DNA of 64,000 nt from assembly GCA_045837725.1 (NCBI GenBank), contig JBEWZL010000121.1:62001-126000 (forward strand), given 5' to 3'. The notes beneath the pieces are model-generated. The model worked only from the letters and a program-made list of their open reading frames with translations. It was not told where the DNA came from and ran no database searches. Source of the stretch: Vermamoeba vermiformis (lineage: Eukaryota). This document shows, piece after piece, positions 13,282-26,757 of this stretch. Positions within the stretch are counted from its first letter, which is position 1. Each line of letters starts with the position of its first letter. Position numbers and translations under genes: made by a program.

Positions 13282-16200
13282 ATGGATGATTTGGCTCCAA
13301 AATCTGCGAAAAATCAGAATGATCTTACATCTACGGACCATTTTAGCAAATTACCCTCCGAAATCAAGCTAGCCATATTTCAACAATTTCCTTTCATTGA
13401 ATGGGTTGCTAAGTTATCACCGACATGCTCAGATTGGAGGTAGGATTTTAATCGATATTTAATTCTTCGATCGACAAAATTTTTCGGCTTGTACAGTTCA
13501 TATTGTGTTAATAATGGTCTTAACTAATAATAATATTATTTAAAGGAGAATTTGCACGAGCTCGAGGTTCCCAAAAGAGCTGATCGTCAAACATTTTGTC
13601 GATCGTTTTAGCGGGATTCGATCAAGCACACTTTTTCAAATAGCAAAGAATTTCCACGTAACAGGGATTGATTTAGAAGGCATACCAAAAGAATTATATT
13701 CCTCTAGCGATTGTTCTTGGATTACTATTTTTGCCGCTTCGCCACATCTGACTTGGGTGAACATGAAATCGCTTGACGAAGACATATATAACGAAGATGA
13801 TATACCTCTAGATCCAAACACGGTATCTGAGCTATCTATCGAATGTAAGATCCGAGTATTATTTTTGATCTAGATTCGCATCCCTTATGACGACTCTATT
13901 TTACTTTATTTATAATTCAAATATGTATAATAATTATCTTAATAGTATTTTTAATATTATATTATAGCGTGGGACCTTGTTGAAGAAGTTCAAAACGCCT
14001 TCCCTCAAATAACTACATTAATGGTCCATTCGCCGATCAATTCGAGCGGAATAATTCGCGAAGAAATTAAATTCTTGCAATTAAAGACGCTGCACACCAT
14101 AGGACGACTCATGTCAGTGGAAACAATCAAAACTTTTTTGACCAATCTCAAAGCGTCATTTGCACCAAACTTAGAGGTAATTCTTTGCATTTATTTTTAT
14201 TATGAAATATTACCATATAAAGCAATGGCTCTAAAATATCATTTGCAGACGGTTTACTTGTCGATCCAGAATCGAAAAGACGTGAAAGAATTGATCGCAC
14301 AATATGAAGCCTTAGAAGTATTTGCAAAGGGTCTTAATATCAAACTCTATTGTCGGGATTTATATCTGCTCGTGCATAATATTAATTTATTTGCAAAATC
14401 ATTTCAACTGCAAGATCTGCCCTACAGTTATTACACCTACGAAAATAAGGTACGAAAAAACGCTTATTAGTTAATATAACTAACAAAATAGTATCATAAA
14501 TAATACCTTGTGACGTATTGTTAGTTATTTCATATTATTTTAACCCTTAGCGAAGCGGTTGGTGCTTCTGATCCAAATCCGTTCAAATTTAAAACAGATC
14601 TTTCATGAGTTTAATTTGCTATATTATTCTTTGTTAAATTAGTGATTATATAACATTAATATTAATAATTTTACGATAGACGTTGCTCAGCGAAGCAATT
14701 TTGGCCGGATCTCTTCCAGTCGTCAGATTGCTGCTCGAAACAAAGTTGACCACAATCGAAAAAGAATTGGGTCCTTATCCACTGCCCAATATATTCCATC
14801 GCGCTATTGGTTCAAAACCACCGTCACCACCGTTCTTGCTGCCAAAACATTTGACTTCCAGCGAACGGATCGTTGTGGATTATCTTTTGGATCATGGCTT
14901 AGACGTCAATAGAAAGGTATATATATAAATATCACTATAGACCTTATTAATGTATTAATAGTCTCTAATATCATTTGTAGGTGAACGATAAGCTCTTGTT
15001 CGAAGACATGCAGATCTTGCATTCACCGCTCGCGAGATACTTGGCGAAGAAACGAAAAGTCGATTGGACCACGATGACTTCTGATGGCTATACAGGTATG
15101 TTAATATTAAGACGTCTTTGAATCGGTTCTAAATCAACATGTTTCTGAGATCTGGTTCGAATTTTGTTATGAAATTAATTTCTTTGCTTTAAAAATTACT
15201 TGAATATGAAATTAATATTAAACTTATTATTTAATATTAAAGGGCTTTTATAAATATTATGCTGTTTTAAAGCAATTACTAACATTTATTCCTTTTATAG
15301 TAATGCACATGGTCTTCGAAGACGACGCCTTCGAACTGTTCAAAGAAATTATTCGTCAAACACCTGACGAGACTAGTGTGCGTAATTTATTGCATTTGCG
15401 AGACAAGGACGGCAATACTCCGCTGCATTACCTCGGGCAATGTCGCACGCAATTTATTGACGCGATTGCTGCGTTCAATCCTGATTGGCAGACCAAAAAT
15501 AACTAGTAAGGCCATACATATATAGATATATATATTTATATTTATAATCGTGATATAATAACCTGTTTTTTTACCGAAAATTTTTATGTACAGAAATGTA
15601 CGGGCAATTTTTTAGATTTTATTTGACCCATAACGTTATCACTATAGTTGTAATACTTTTAATGAATTTTATTACAAATATTGTTTTTTTAATCGATTTT
15701 TGCAGTGGTGATACGCCGTTGCTGCATTGGGTCAAGATGAGCAGCGCTGACTTTTTGAGCGAAAAGTTCGAACGTAAGAGTTACTTTTCATCGTTTGAAA
15801 TTTCCGAGAATTAATTGAATTTGCCACAATAGGAATCGTATCATTGGTCACTCATGTCCAAGAAGGTGTTTTGACCGCAATTTTCAGAACTCAAAAAGAT
15901 CCGGAAGCTCTCGAGAAGAATATTACTATCTTGGCGTCTAAAGGCATTAATTTCAATGAAAATATTCGCGGGGAGCCTGCTGTTACGCATTTACGCTGTT
16001 TTTCCGCGCCTTTATTGAAAGTAAGCGAATTTTCGAGATCTTGAAAAATTCAAATTTAACCTATAGAAGTCTAACGTATAATGTAGGCATTAACGAGCTA
16101 TAATATCGATATTAAAGCTGTTAATGGAATGAAGAGGTCGTTATTGTATAATGTTATTGAGAGCTCGGACGAAGCAGATCTGTTTGAACTTCTCGTCAAG

Positions 16201-17801
16201 GACTACAAACTGAATATCAATCATATTGATAGCAATGGCATGACACCACTTATATTTGCAATTAGAATGCAAAAAGATGAGGTCATAATTAGAAAGTTAC
16301 TCGAGCTTGGAGCGGATGTAGGTCGAAAATCAATCTTTGCAGGAATTTTTTTCTAACATTCCTTCTTTAGCCTAATTTAGCAGGACCTAATGCACCACCA
16401 GCTCTATATTACATGAGATTTCATTTGGACGAAATAGAGGAAATATGCGAGCTGTTATTGAAAGCTGGAGCAGATCCGAATCTGCGGTTCATGAACGAAG
16501 ATAAACTAACTACGTCATTTATGGCGTTAGTGACGTCTAATCCTAGCGAAGAATTACTACAGCTCCTAATTAAATATGGTAAGCTTATTCGTCTTGCAGA
16601 GTTTAGGATCTGATCCAAATCCGCAGGTGGCAATGAAAATGAACGAGATGAAGTTGGCAATACGCTGCTGCATATTATCGACAGCAAAGATCAAATCAAA
16701 GCCTTATTGCACTATATAGATGTTAATATGACGAATAATTATGGCGAAACACCTCTTTGGGGTAAGATCCAAAATTCCAAATTGAAAAAAACCCAGTTTT
16801 TATTGACCTATTTCCTTTTTAGGCAAAGTCTCGGACATATCTCCGTTCATTAATAAGAAAGCTAATGTCAATCACGTTTCACTGAACGGGTCTACAGCAC
16901 TTCATACAGCAATGCAAAACAAAGACGAAGAAAAAGCACACGCGCTCTTAGCCGTCCAAAATATAGGTTCGCAAATTTATTTCCTTATTTGGAAAGTCAC
17001 GTGCTAACATAATTTCCATTTGCAGATCTATCTCTGCTTGATAACTGCGGTCGGTCATTTTTGCATTTTATTCATCGCTGTCCGATCGTGTTCGAAGATA
17101 TTTTGAATGCCTATAATAGGCAATCGGAAGAAAACAAACGCAAAGTTAAGCAAGCAGTGAACAACATTGACTTTTTTGGCAAAACAGCGGTGCATTATGT
17201 CGTCAAGACGGCGAGCGAAACATTGGTCAGATCTCTCGTTCAAACTTTCGAACTGAATGTGGCGCCATTAACTGATTATACACCACTACATCAATGGTAC
17301 GTACTGCTATATAATATGATTACAGAATATTCTTTCGTCACATTTCAGTCTTAACATCTGTGCCGGATCAGATCCGACCGAGTTCAGTTTTCTTAGTAAT
17401 TATTGGATACTGCGTTTTAATTGTTATTATTATCGGTTTAAATGATAATAATTTACTAATTGCTATGGCGTAGTATATCGTCATTAGACAACAACTACCA
17501 AGCCTCACTGCGGATCGCAAAGTACCTCTGTGAACTGGGCGTGGACATCAACGCAGCAATTAAATCGAGTAATAATACTGCGCTATTATTATTGTGTGCG
17601 AAACACCCGCACGCAACTGAAATGAAACGGATCTTGTTGAAAGTAAGTTCAAAATATTTAGCAATGCAATGCGTTATTAATTAATAATTTTTGCAGTACG
17701 GTGCTTCTATAACATGGAAAAACAACAAGGGAATAGCTCCCGTGGACATCGATCCTGAAATTCGAAAATTAATAGTGGTAGATCCAAGTAAAACGCCTTA
17801 G
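13282..17801 (+). CDS. F-box, LRR-like and multiple ankyrin-repeat protein
   Basis: Exon 1 HFSKLPSEIKLAIFQQFPFIEWVAKLSPTCSDWR (F-box). Many ankyrin motifs follow (DKDGNTPLHYL, DSNGMTPLIFAI...LLELGAD, DFFGKTAVHY, YLCELGVDINA). Stop TAG at 17799-17801. Confidence 0.85.
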
Positions 17802-18032
17802 TTTATGCAAATAAAGCAGGGGGGTGCCAATTTAATAAATGTCATGCCTTAACATCGGTAAATGGCAATCACAAAATTAAAATTAAGTTTATACTTAACG
17901 CGATCGGATTCAAGCAAAGCAAATTTTAATTTGTATGCGTAAACAAATTCATTTTAGATTATAAACAGGAGTTCAGGTTTCACTAACATCATTGAAAGAG
18001 TATACTTGAAGTAGGCAAGTCAAGTATTTATA

Positions 18033-19867
18033 TTAATCAAACAAACTGTCATTTGCAGATGATTGACTGGCGAGGTACTCGTCAATGTTCAATTTGCTGA
18101 GATCCACCGTGTCTTTTTTGTTCGTTGACACCATATCAAACAGATCATCGCCAGTATTAACCTTCTTATTAGAACTAGTACTTGGTTTTGTGCCGAACAA
18201 GTCATCGTCATCGTCGGCAATTGTAACTGTCACTTTGGCAGCTGGTTTGGGCTGTTCTTTTTGAACTACTGGTTTCTTTTGTGGCACTTCAGTACTGCGA
18301 AAAAAAACAATTAGCAAGTCAATCTTGGTTGACACGTGAAAAATATCAAGTGACACGTGTCAACTTTTGACAGTAAAAAAACAACGTTATCGATTTAGTC
18401 TTACATTTCAAGTAATGATCGATCGATAGTAATATCATCTTGGAATACCGATTTCTTGCTGCCAAAAAGACTATCTTCCGTAAGCTAAATAATTATTATT
18501 GCCACGTTAGAATTAGATCTGATAACAACCCTAGTATTCCTTACCATTTCCTTTTTAGGCTGTTCTACTTCAATAACTTGCGGCTCTGGCACTTGAATAC
18601 CTTCGTGTAATTTAGTTCTGCAGAATCAGAGTTAATCATTGCGAAAATTTTCGTCGTTCACTGAAAGAGGATCAGATCTACTTACGAAATCTCGAGGCGA
18701 GATCTTGAATCCTTGAACACGCCAGGTGTAGATTGAGTAGTGTTATTATTAGTGGTTGGTTTATCTTCTTTCGGTTTCTCTTCAGTTTTTTGCGTTGACT
18801 GTGGATTTGGTTCGTCGTTCGCTTTTTCAATTTGCGCGGGCTTTTTTTCAGTAACAGGAGCTATTGTTGGTTTCGTTGTTTTTTCTTCGATTTTTTTAAC
18901 TGGCTGTTCTTCGACTTTTGGTTTAGGAACATCTTTTGGTTTTTCCGACTCGGGCGCCTTTTGAACTGGCACAGGCTTTTCCTCTTTTGGTAATGACGGT
19001 GAAATTTCATTTGCGGGCTGCTCGGTGGCAATTGGGGTGACTTTTGTTTCTTGAACAGGGCTGGCAGTCTTTGCGGGAATTTTTTTCTCTTCTTCGGCGA
19101 CTTGAACTTTGACAGGCGTGTCAGTGGTCGGTTGTGGCTTAGTGTTCTTGCTCAACGGATTATTTGAGAATAAAAAGTCCGAATCCTCTTCGTCATCGTC
19201 AAAAAGGGAGGATTTTTTCGGAGTATTTTGAACGGGCTTTTGATCTCGTTCAGATCCGATTGGAACGCCATCAAGAACTTTCAAAGTCTTAATTCCTTCG
19301 ATCATATATGCTCTGTAGCCTGCTTCATTGCACACTACAATAATTAACGTTAAAAAAATAGTTCGACAAAGGATCAGATCCGATCATGAAACTAATTGGC
19401 CTCTTAATTGCCAGGCTATTGTTAAATGTTGTTAATAATATTATGAACGTACCTGGATTACCGCGTAAATCCAATTCTTCCAATGCTGGAGCTTGAAATA
19501 AGCCTTCAATATTCCGCTTGAACCGCATCCGATTATTGCTATTTTTAAATAAATTAATTAACGCTGCATATTATTTATTAACGTGATGATTTAATATTTT
19601 GACCATGTACATACCTTAAATCTAATTTTTTCAATTTTGCGAATTTAGCAAAAGATCCTACTTCATCAATTTGCTTGTTAGACAATGTGACCTCCTCTAA
19701 AGCAGCTGGATCACCTGGCTAATATTATTAATTAATTATTGCGCCTGTACTAACAATTAATTTGGTCGAAGAAATGTGATAAAATCTCGATCGAGCTTGA
19801 TCGGCATTATTTAATTTACCTTGCCAATTTTACTATTAATAGTCTCGAAAGTAAGTTTATTGACCAT
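18033..19867 (-). CDS. Short SDS22/U2A'-type LRR and LRR-cap domain followed by a long P/K/E-rich disordered tail with acidic LF motifs
   Basis: LEEVTLSNKQI...LKKLDLSNNRM...LEELDLRGNPVCNEAGYRAYMIEGIKTLKVLDG (LRR plus cap). The tail contains SLFDDDEE, DDDDDLFG and GDDLFD, and ends NIDEYLASQSSANDSLFD*. Confidence 0.77.
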
Positions 19868-20099
19868 GGTGTTGCTCGTTGATAATTAATTAACGCAAAA
19901 ATAAGACCTGGAACAACTGCCGTTTCTACAGCACGAAAACGAGGCGTAAATTTCCAATCCCAAAAAAACACTACAACAAGAGAAATAATGGCAGATAATG
20001 GTTGTATTAGATTTAAATAGCGTATTAGACAGGTATCAGAATTATTTGTACGAGATCTAAGAGCAGATCGTCAAACAGAAATTTTATTTTTGGTTAGGA

Positions 20100-21276
20100 T
20101 TACCAAGGTAATTCAGTTTTGTCGTACATTAAGAACTTTCCGTTATCTCGGTCAGTAATCTCCGCAATGAGCTGCAAAATTTTCTCCGCGGCCTGATCTG
20201 GTGTCATTTTATTTGGCACGCTTTGCGTGTACGGCCGAGACAGATCCGTATCGACAACTCCTGCACGAACCAACCGCTTAATAATACTACACTAGCACAA
20301 TATTATAATTTTAATAATTTACCTGGATGAACAGCTGCTACTATTACGCCTTTTCGGCCCAACTCGATCGCGAGATTTTTCGTGACTAATTGGCGAAAGA
20401 ATTAGCATTAAATCGATAATTTTCATTTGCTGCAACATATTTTTATAGAAAAATATTATTACTAATAGTATTGTTTTCGTTATAATTAAAATTTTGTGCG
20501 AGACCTGGTTCGGATCCTTACTCATATTCAAAGCAGTTTTCGAAGCTCTATAAGAGTACCAGCCTCCCATATCATTATTTGCAATGGAGGCGACTTTGGC
20601 AGTCAAATTGACCACTTTTGAACCCTTTTGCAGCGCTGGTTGAAAATGTTTGGCCACGAGAAGTGGGCCTAACGCGTTGGTCCTAAAACTGTCCAAAAAC
20701 TTTGTTTCATCGATTCGATTCAGCGCAGTTTCTATATTTAGTAATTAAACTATGAGATAATCGACCAAATAAGGAAATTTCTTACCGACATGTAGCATGC
20801 CAGAGCTATTAACAAGAATATCGAATTTTTTCTGCGTTTTTAAAATCTCAGTTGCAGCGTCCTAATGTTAAATATTATTATTAATATTAAATATTACCTT
20901 ATTAGCTATTTTCGACGTACTTTAATCGTGCCCTCGTGGTGCGTGTCGATCTTGAACACGTGAAGTTTGTCCCCGTGAGTCTGTTTGAGTTGGTGCAAGT
21001 CCTTTGCTTGCTCTGGATTACGACACGTAGCAATAACGACTCTAAAGTAATTAATTGGTCGTTAGGATCTCGCGCATCTCACGGAAAAAATTGAAAAAAT
21101 CTTAAAAAATTTTGCTTTCCACCAAAATTAAGAATGTCTTCAGCAAAATTATTTCTGTATTAAACATAACATAAATAATTTTCAAAAATGTCTTACGCGT
21201 TGTTCTGAAGGAGTTTCTTCGTCAACGAAAGTCCAATCCCGCGACTGGCGCCTTGAATCAAAGCAGTGACCGACAT
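20100..21276 (-). CDS. Short-chain dehydrogenase/reductase, CsgA/C-factor-like
   Basis: MSVTALIQGASRGIGL (Rossmann GxxxGxG), FRTNALGP, SIANNDMGGWYSYRASKTALNM (YxxxK), HPGVVDTDLS, and C-terminal DNGKFLMYDKTELPW*. Confidence 0.9.
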
Positions 21277-21614
21277 AGTTCTTCTTGTGTGCTATAGTAT
21301 GAAGATAAATAGCTTTAACGCATTAAAACTGCGATTTTGAACAGTGCGCGTTCAAATTCAGCAGAGATCGCGCGACTCTGTAAAATTTCTGATGGCTTGG
21401 ACCTAAAAAGGAAATAATAGTACCAAGTGTGATCCTTATTATTTGCGGCATATTGATTTTAACAACCAAGTTGTAAATGTTGAATTGTGTTTCAAACATT
21501 ATTCAATGAAAAAGAACGGCTCCAAAAAATTTCTTTCGCTAATTTCAATAATGTTTCTCCTTGTTAACACCACGTATGACTAACTTATAAATTGTATCTT
21601 ATATTTGTGCGGGT

Positions 21615-24600
21615 ATGGGCCAGGTTAATCAACGGATCGACGCTTGGTTGAATCCAAATGACGCGGACAACGACAAAAATAAAGCGGTACATAGGAACCC
21701 GTATTAGATATTATAATACAATAAATTATATAGATAGATTTAATAGTACAATAGCTTAGGCAGTCTTAGACTGATTGAAAATGATTTTTATTTGAAAATT
21801 AATACAAATTGATCACTTTAGGACCCCTTCGACGTTATAAATCCACTGACACCTAATGGAATATTCCCGCCAGAAGTAGTAGAGCTAATTTTGAAATATT
21901 TGGGCGTCGATCCAAAATCTTTATTTTCCACGGCAATATCCTGCAAACTATGGCTTCAAACTGGCGGCTTATTCGTAAAAGTAAGATGAATTACTTATTA
22001 TAGGCTTTTTCTTACCATTACTGCAGGGTTTTCGTCGTTATAAACTCGATCCAAACACAGCGAATTTAAGAAACGAAGTTTTTCGACAACAAACCATAGA
22101 AAATAATATTAAAAATGGAATGTATGTATAATATGTATAGTATTAGCTATTATTAACACAATTTCAGATATTGGGCGAATGTGCTGGCTAAACCTTACTG
22201 GGTTCATAGAAGCACTACAATGTTCAATTTCGATTGGTCAATTTGGAAGAATTTAATCGCTATTAATGAAGAAAAGTCTATAAGAATGTACGTAAAGTTA
22301 ATATTGTTAACCGGATTAACAGAATATTGTCGCGCAACAAGATTTTTGTTGGCGAATTTTTCATTCCAACAACGAACATCGCAAATGCGAACGGGGACCA
22401 ACGGCGCCGCTGTGGGTTTTCAGGAGATTTATCTGCCGCGCCCCGTCCGCAGAGCAGATAAGGAGATAAATTATTTACATATATAAATATATCTACAGAA
22501 AAATCTACAAAGAGCAAGGAAACCCAAATAGGCGACCGCGTCACCTCCACGCTGGCGTGAATATACCAAGCCAAGATATGAGGACGATGGGGGGGGAACC
22601 GAACCCCCCAGGAACCACACGCACCCACGATAACAGCAGCAGTGCTAGTGTAAGATAAGCGATATATATGAATAGCAATATAAGAAAATAATTAAGATTG
22701 AATTAGTGAAGTCAGTCGGGCATCCGGGACCGCACTAGCGGCCGAGATACGACAGAATCTCCGTGAGATCTATACCGCGGTGCAGTCGGTGCCGCATCAA
22801 CGATGCTAAGAAGTTCGCAACTACAAAATTTTCGCACAAACAAAAAATCTTGTTGCGATTCGCAACAATAATTTCGTGGGAATTTGAATCCGGTTAACAA
22901 TATCGCACGTTTTGAGACACTTTTGTGAAAAAGTTCTGATCTGGATCGCGTACTTTGAACAGGTCTATGGGTCCAGAATATCTTTTCACGCGCGGAAAAA
23001 TTATCGATCTTGGCAGTGGCCGGCAAGAAGACGATGCGGATTGGGGAGTGCACGTAGTTGGTGGCGTACAAGTCGTGCTTAACAGGTCGAATTGGGGCTT
23101 TGACTGGTCCCGCTTCACGTGTTACATCGACAGAAAACGATCTGCAAATATCGGTACGACATTATTTTATATATTTTATTAATAAGCAAGACATTAGAAC
23201 CTGTTTTCTCTTCCCAGTCGGATCAGATCCAAGATAATTCGCTAATTTTTTCTGTACCATTTTTACGAAAATAATATTAACTCTAATGTATACCCAGTTA
23301 ACATTAATGCAGTGAGCAACATAAATATTCCGCGGGATATGAATGACAGCTACCACGCCTTACGAGTGCCCAGTCGCATCATCGCAGGACTGCACAATCT
23401 CGATGAATCTCCCACAGTGCTCCTCTACGATCGAGTTTACGCTCAAGTTGTTTCATTTGCGTAAGACTTCAGTTTATCAAATTTATTCGTTCTTCGCTAA
23501 TTTTCATGGCAGTATAATATCGTCATTTGACAAGAAAATTAATGCAATTTAATTTTTTATTAGGGGAAGCAAAGAAAATGACACGGCAAATAGTTTTTCA
23601 GTGGAATGTTATGACCTACTGACTGGCCAGATGCTTCATGAAATGAAAATCAATCAACTTGGCTCTGTTATCGGATACTTTGTACGCGATATGACTACGT
23701 TGTTTGGCAATATAACTAATGACGAATGTCCACAGAAACACTATGTGATTTGTTCTTCACCAACAGAAACAGTGTTCGTCGATTTGCGGAGCAAAAATAT
23801 TTCAACGAAATTTCCCGTTGGATCCGTCACCGAAGACACGTTTTGTATATGCGATCGGAAGGTACGCTTATACTATTATATTATATTAAATATTAATACT
23901 AATGGTTAATTACTCGATAGATCGCTTTTGCAAATGGTACTTTAGTGCTATTTTATGATTGGTCAACTGGTCGCCAAATTAGGAAATTAAATGTTGGTGG
24001 CCTGTTCGACGAATCAAAGTACAAAGAACAAAAGCGACCAATGAAGGTCGGTAGTTTAATCTTTGCGAAAATTTTTTAGTCGACCGTTCATGAACGCTAA
24101 TAATCAATTTTCTATTTTTAGATTCAAGGAATTGCATTCGATCGGTGGAAATTAGTTCTTGGAATTGGAGCGGATTTATCTGCGACGCGTGAAGATTATT
24201 TTTTACGGTTCCGTGAAGGCGACTCCGTGCCGACTTTTCTGGCCATATTTGACATGCACGATGACTTTAAATTGTTGCAAAGTATCCACGTGCCGAGTAC
24301 TTTTCGGGGCAATTGTCCGTTCAAAATTGCGTTGCCACCAAAAGGCTCCATAGTCGTTGAAAACAAGTAGGTCAACACTCTTTTATAAAAATATTCCGTT
24401 CTTAAGAATTAAAATTAATTTTTCACGCAGGGCACTAATCGAGTTTGATTTCAATCATCCATATTTGGCAAAACAAATTCCCGTTGCATTTTTCAACGCC
24501 GTAAGTAACTTACCATAAAATTTTCCATAATTATTTTTATGGTACCTTATAATCTAATCTCTTGTATTATAGAAAGATCTAGCGTTACAAGTCCACAAAG

Positions 24601-25327
24601 TTGATCCGAAGCAGCTGAGCGAATTCGTGCAAAAGAAACTTGGCTGTGACTTACCGATGGTTCAAAACGTTACGTATTTTGAACGAGATCCGCACATTGA
24701 ACACAAGTACGTATTACAGTACATCTTAAATACATATGTATCATAAATGTGTCGATCTTTTATTAGTATTATTTCGCGAACAGACACTGTGAAAAATATC
24801 AAAATATCCGTGAAAAAATTAGATCCGACAGGTCACGTTCATTTTTTAATTTTTCTTTAAGTTTAATCATCTAAACCATAATGAAATTTAATTGTTATTA
24901 TTTTATAGGAGTAGACAACGGAGCAAAATGTTACTTGAACACAGCAAAAACCCTTCGAACTGGAAATCAGTACGCATTACGTTTCTTTCCTCGAACAAAT
25001 CAAATCCAGACAGCGTTGCGTTCACTGAACTCGGAGAATTCAAGAAATATTACGAAAAATTGCCCGATGTCGTTTCGGTATTTGCGATAACTTCAAAAAT
25101 TCCTGGAACAACTGCCGACCCGCAAGTACGCCCTACATACAATACAATAATTATAATAATACTAATGATATTTTATGCAGGTTTGTAACCGACCAAAGTC
25201 TGTCCAGGGAAAATGCGTGCTGATCTTCGAACGGTTCAATGACGAGACTGGCCAATGGGATATTATCGAGCCGTTTGCACCGAAAGGCATTAATTTCAGC
25301 ACGCATGATGCGGAGGCAGGTATTTAA
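21615..25327 (+). CDS. F-box protein with beta-propeller-like middle and lineage-specific C-terminal domain (paralog of 39250-41807)
   Basis: MGQVNQRIDAW...PNGIFPPEVVELILKYLGVDPKSLFSTAISCKLWLQ (F-box). Later exons include FDRWKLVL...IFDMHDDFKLLQSIH and a last exon VCNRPKSVQGKCVLIFERFNDETGQW. Many GT-AG introns. Confidence 0.75.
22305..22899. mobile_element. 595-bp non-coding insertion with TGT...ACA inverted termini and ATAT target-site duplication (non-autonomous Ginger/TDD-like DNA transposon or solo LTR), inside an intron
   Basis: TGTTAACCGGATT (22305-22317) and AATCCGGTTAACA (22887-22899) are a perfect inverted repeat. An imperfect inner IR (CGCAACAAGATTTTT / AAAAATCTTGTTGCG) follows. 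ATAT flanks both sides (22301-22304, 22900-22903). Removing the element leaves a 76-nt intron of normal size. Confidence 0.78.
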
Positions 25328-25551
25328 ATTTCCTAGGCCCAATCGTTAGACTGAAGATAAACGATTAAACTATCGTAGCATTAACAATGACCCTTATTGA
25401 TATTATCTTCAATTATCAAACAGAAACAGAGAACATTTGTCATAATTCATGAACGAATAATAGAGTAATAATAGAAACACAGGCTAAAAAGTCTGCGAAT
25501 TAGTAACTAAGTTTTTTAGTTCGGTTTTCTGAGCGAGTAACGAACTATTTA

Positions 25552-26757
25552 TTATAATACAATATTCGCTGCCTCACGAAGCTGATCCATGACAGTGAGC
25601 GCTCTCAGATACGATTCTTTGTACTGTTCACGGCCTATCACGAGTTCAAGCACGGAGTGAAAATCACCGTAGTGCAATCGCTCTTCTTCTTCTAGACTAA
25701 AGTTGTTATAATTCACTGCAATTATCTGTCAATATAATAATTAAGATCAGATTGGAGATTACTGGAGATTCTACGTCAATTTTCCGTAATTTCCAAATTA
25801 GGAAATTTAAATAAAAGTTCGGTTTAGGACTTACGTGCCAGTTCTTAGTCTCGCTATTGTACACCATAAATCTCTCACTAAAATATCTCATTTTTGCAGG
25901 TCTATATTCATTTTCAATAGGAGCTCTTCGAACGGCAAGTCCTCGTCTTGTTTGTGTTCGTGGATGCGGCACCGGTGGCTTTGGTGCCCGAACGACTTTT
26001 GATATTCTGATTGGTGGCTGCATCTCCACGCGAAATTTCACCGGAATTGTGGACTGACCAATCGCAATGAACTCTACGGCCACATGTTTCGTGTCAAAAT
26101 CGTCTTCTTGTCGTGGATCGGTAACTGCATCCGGATACATTTCTCTATTTTCCTCCTTGATAGTATCTAAATTATCATATTTAACTTCTTGACCGTCGTT
26201 ATCAATTTTGTAGAACGAGATCCGTGCCGGATTCAGATTTGGAAAGAGTAAAGGCTTAATTGGGGATACATGCACTTCATCGCCTAATTGTGATCGTAAT
26301 TTGTATCTAATTTTCCAAGAATATTCGTGCCAATAGTTAAACAGGACGAATCTTCTTGCACTTATGGGGATCGAGTCTGGGGTAAGACACATTAGATTTA
26401 AATTAGCCAAAATTAACTATAATACCTTCTAAAATCGCCAAAGTATTTTTCGGAGGGCTTTTGACTTGATCAATTTTCCACCGCTGAACGTAGAGACGCA
26501 TCCACTCAGAATCTGAAAAAAGATCTTGCACCGGCGTCGCAGAAATTATAAATAAAGCTAATTCTTTCGCTTCCGAATATCCAATAATTATTTTCAAAAT
26601 ATCTGTCGGCAATTCTACTATTTTTTGTTCCAGATCAAGTTGATCATCTGCCTTAAATCGTTTTAAATTGATTCTATCCTCATCCTGCTGTATACAAATT
26701 AATACGACGCTACAATTAGATTGAAAATCTTACTTGGTCTTCAAATCTTCTCTTCAT
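25552..26757 (-). CDS. F-box protein sharing the C-terminal domain of the 21615 and 39250 genes but lacking the propeller region
   Basis: MKRRFEDQ-...IVELPTDILKIIIGYSEAKELALFIISATPVQDLFSDSEWMRLY (F-box-like), then EYRPAKMRYFSERFMVYNSETKNW; stop TAA at 25552-25554. Confidence 0.65.

Noticed and set aside
18740-18964. Hydrophobic antisense ORFs (also 36467-36730, 37931-38197, 44280-45406) as membrane proteins
   Set aside because: They are shadows of low-complexity K/P/T/A-rich exons on the opposite strand.
22305-22899. RNase P/MRP, telomerase RNA or tRNA inside the element
   Set aside because: I could not find the conserved P4 motifs, a telomeric template or a cloverleaf on either strand.
22181-23118. 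ORFs overlapping the intronic element (22278-22628, 22712-23071 and others) as transposase or cargo genes
   Set aside because: They are short, show no recognisable motifs and cross the element or exon boundaries.
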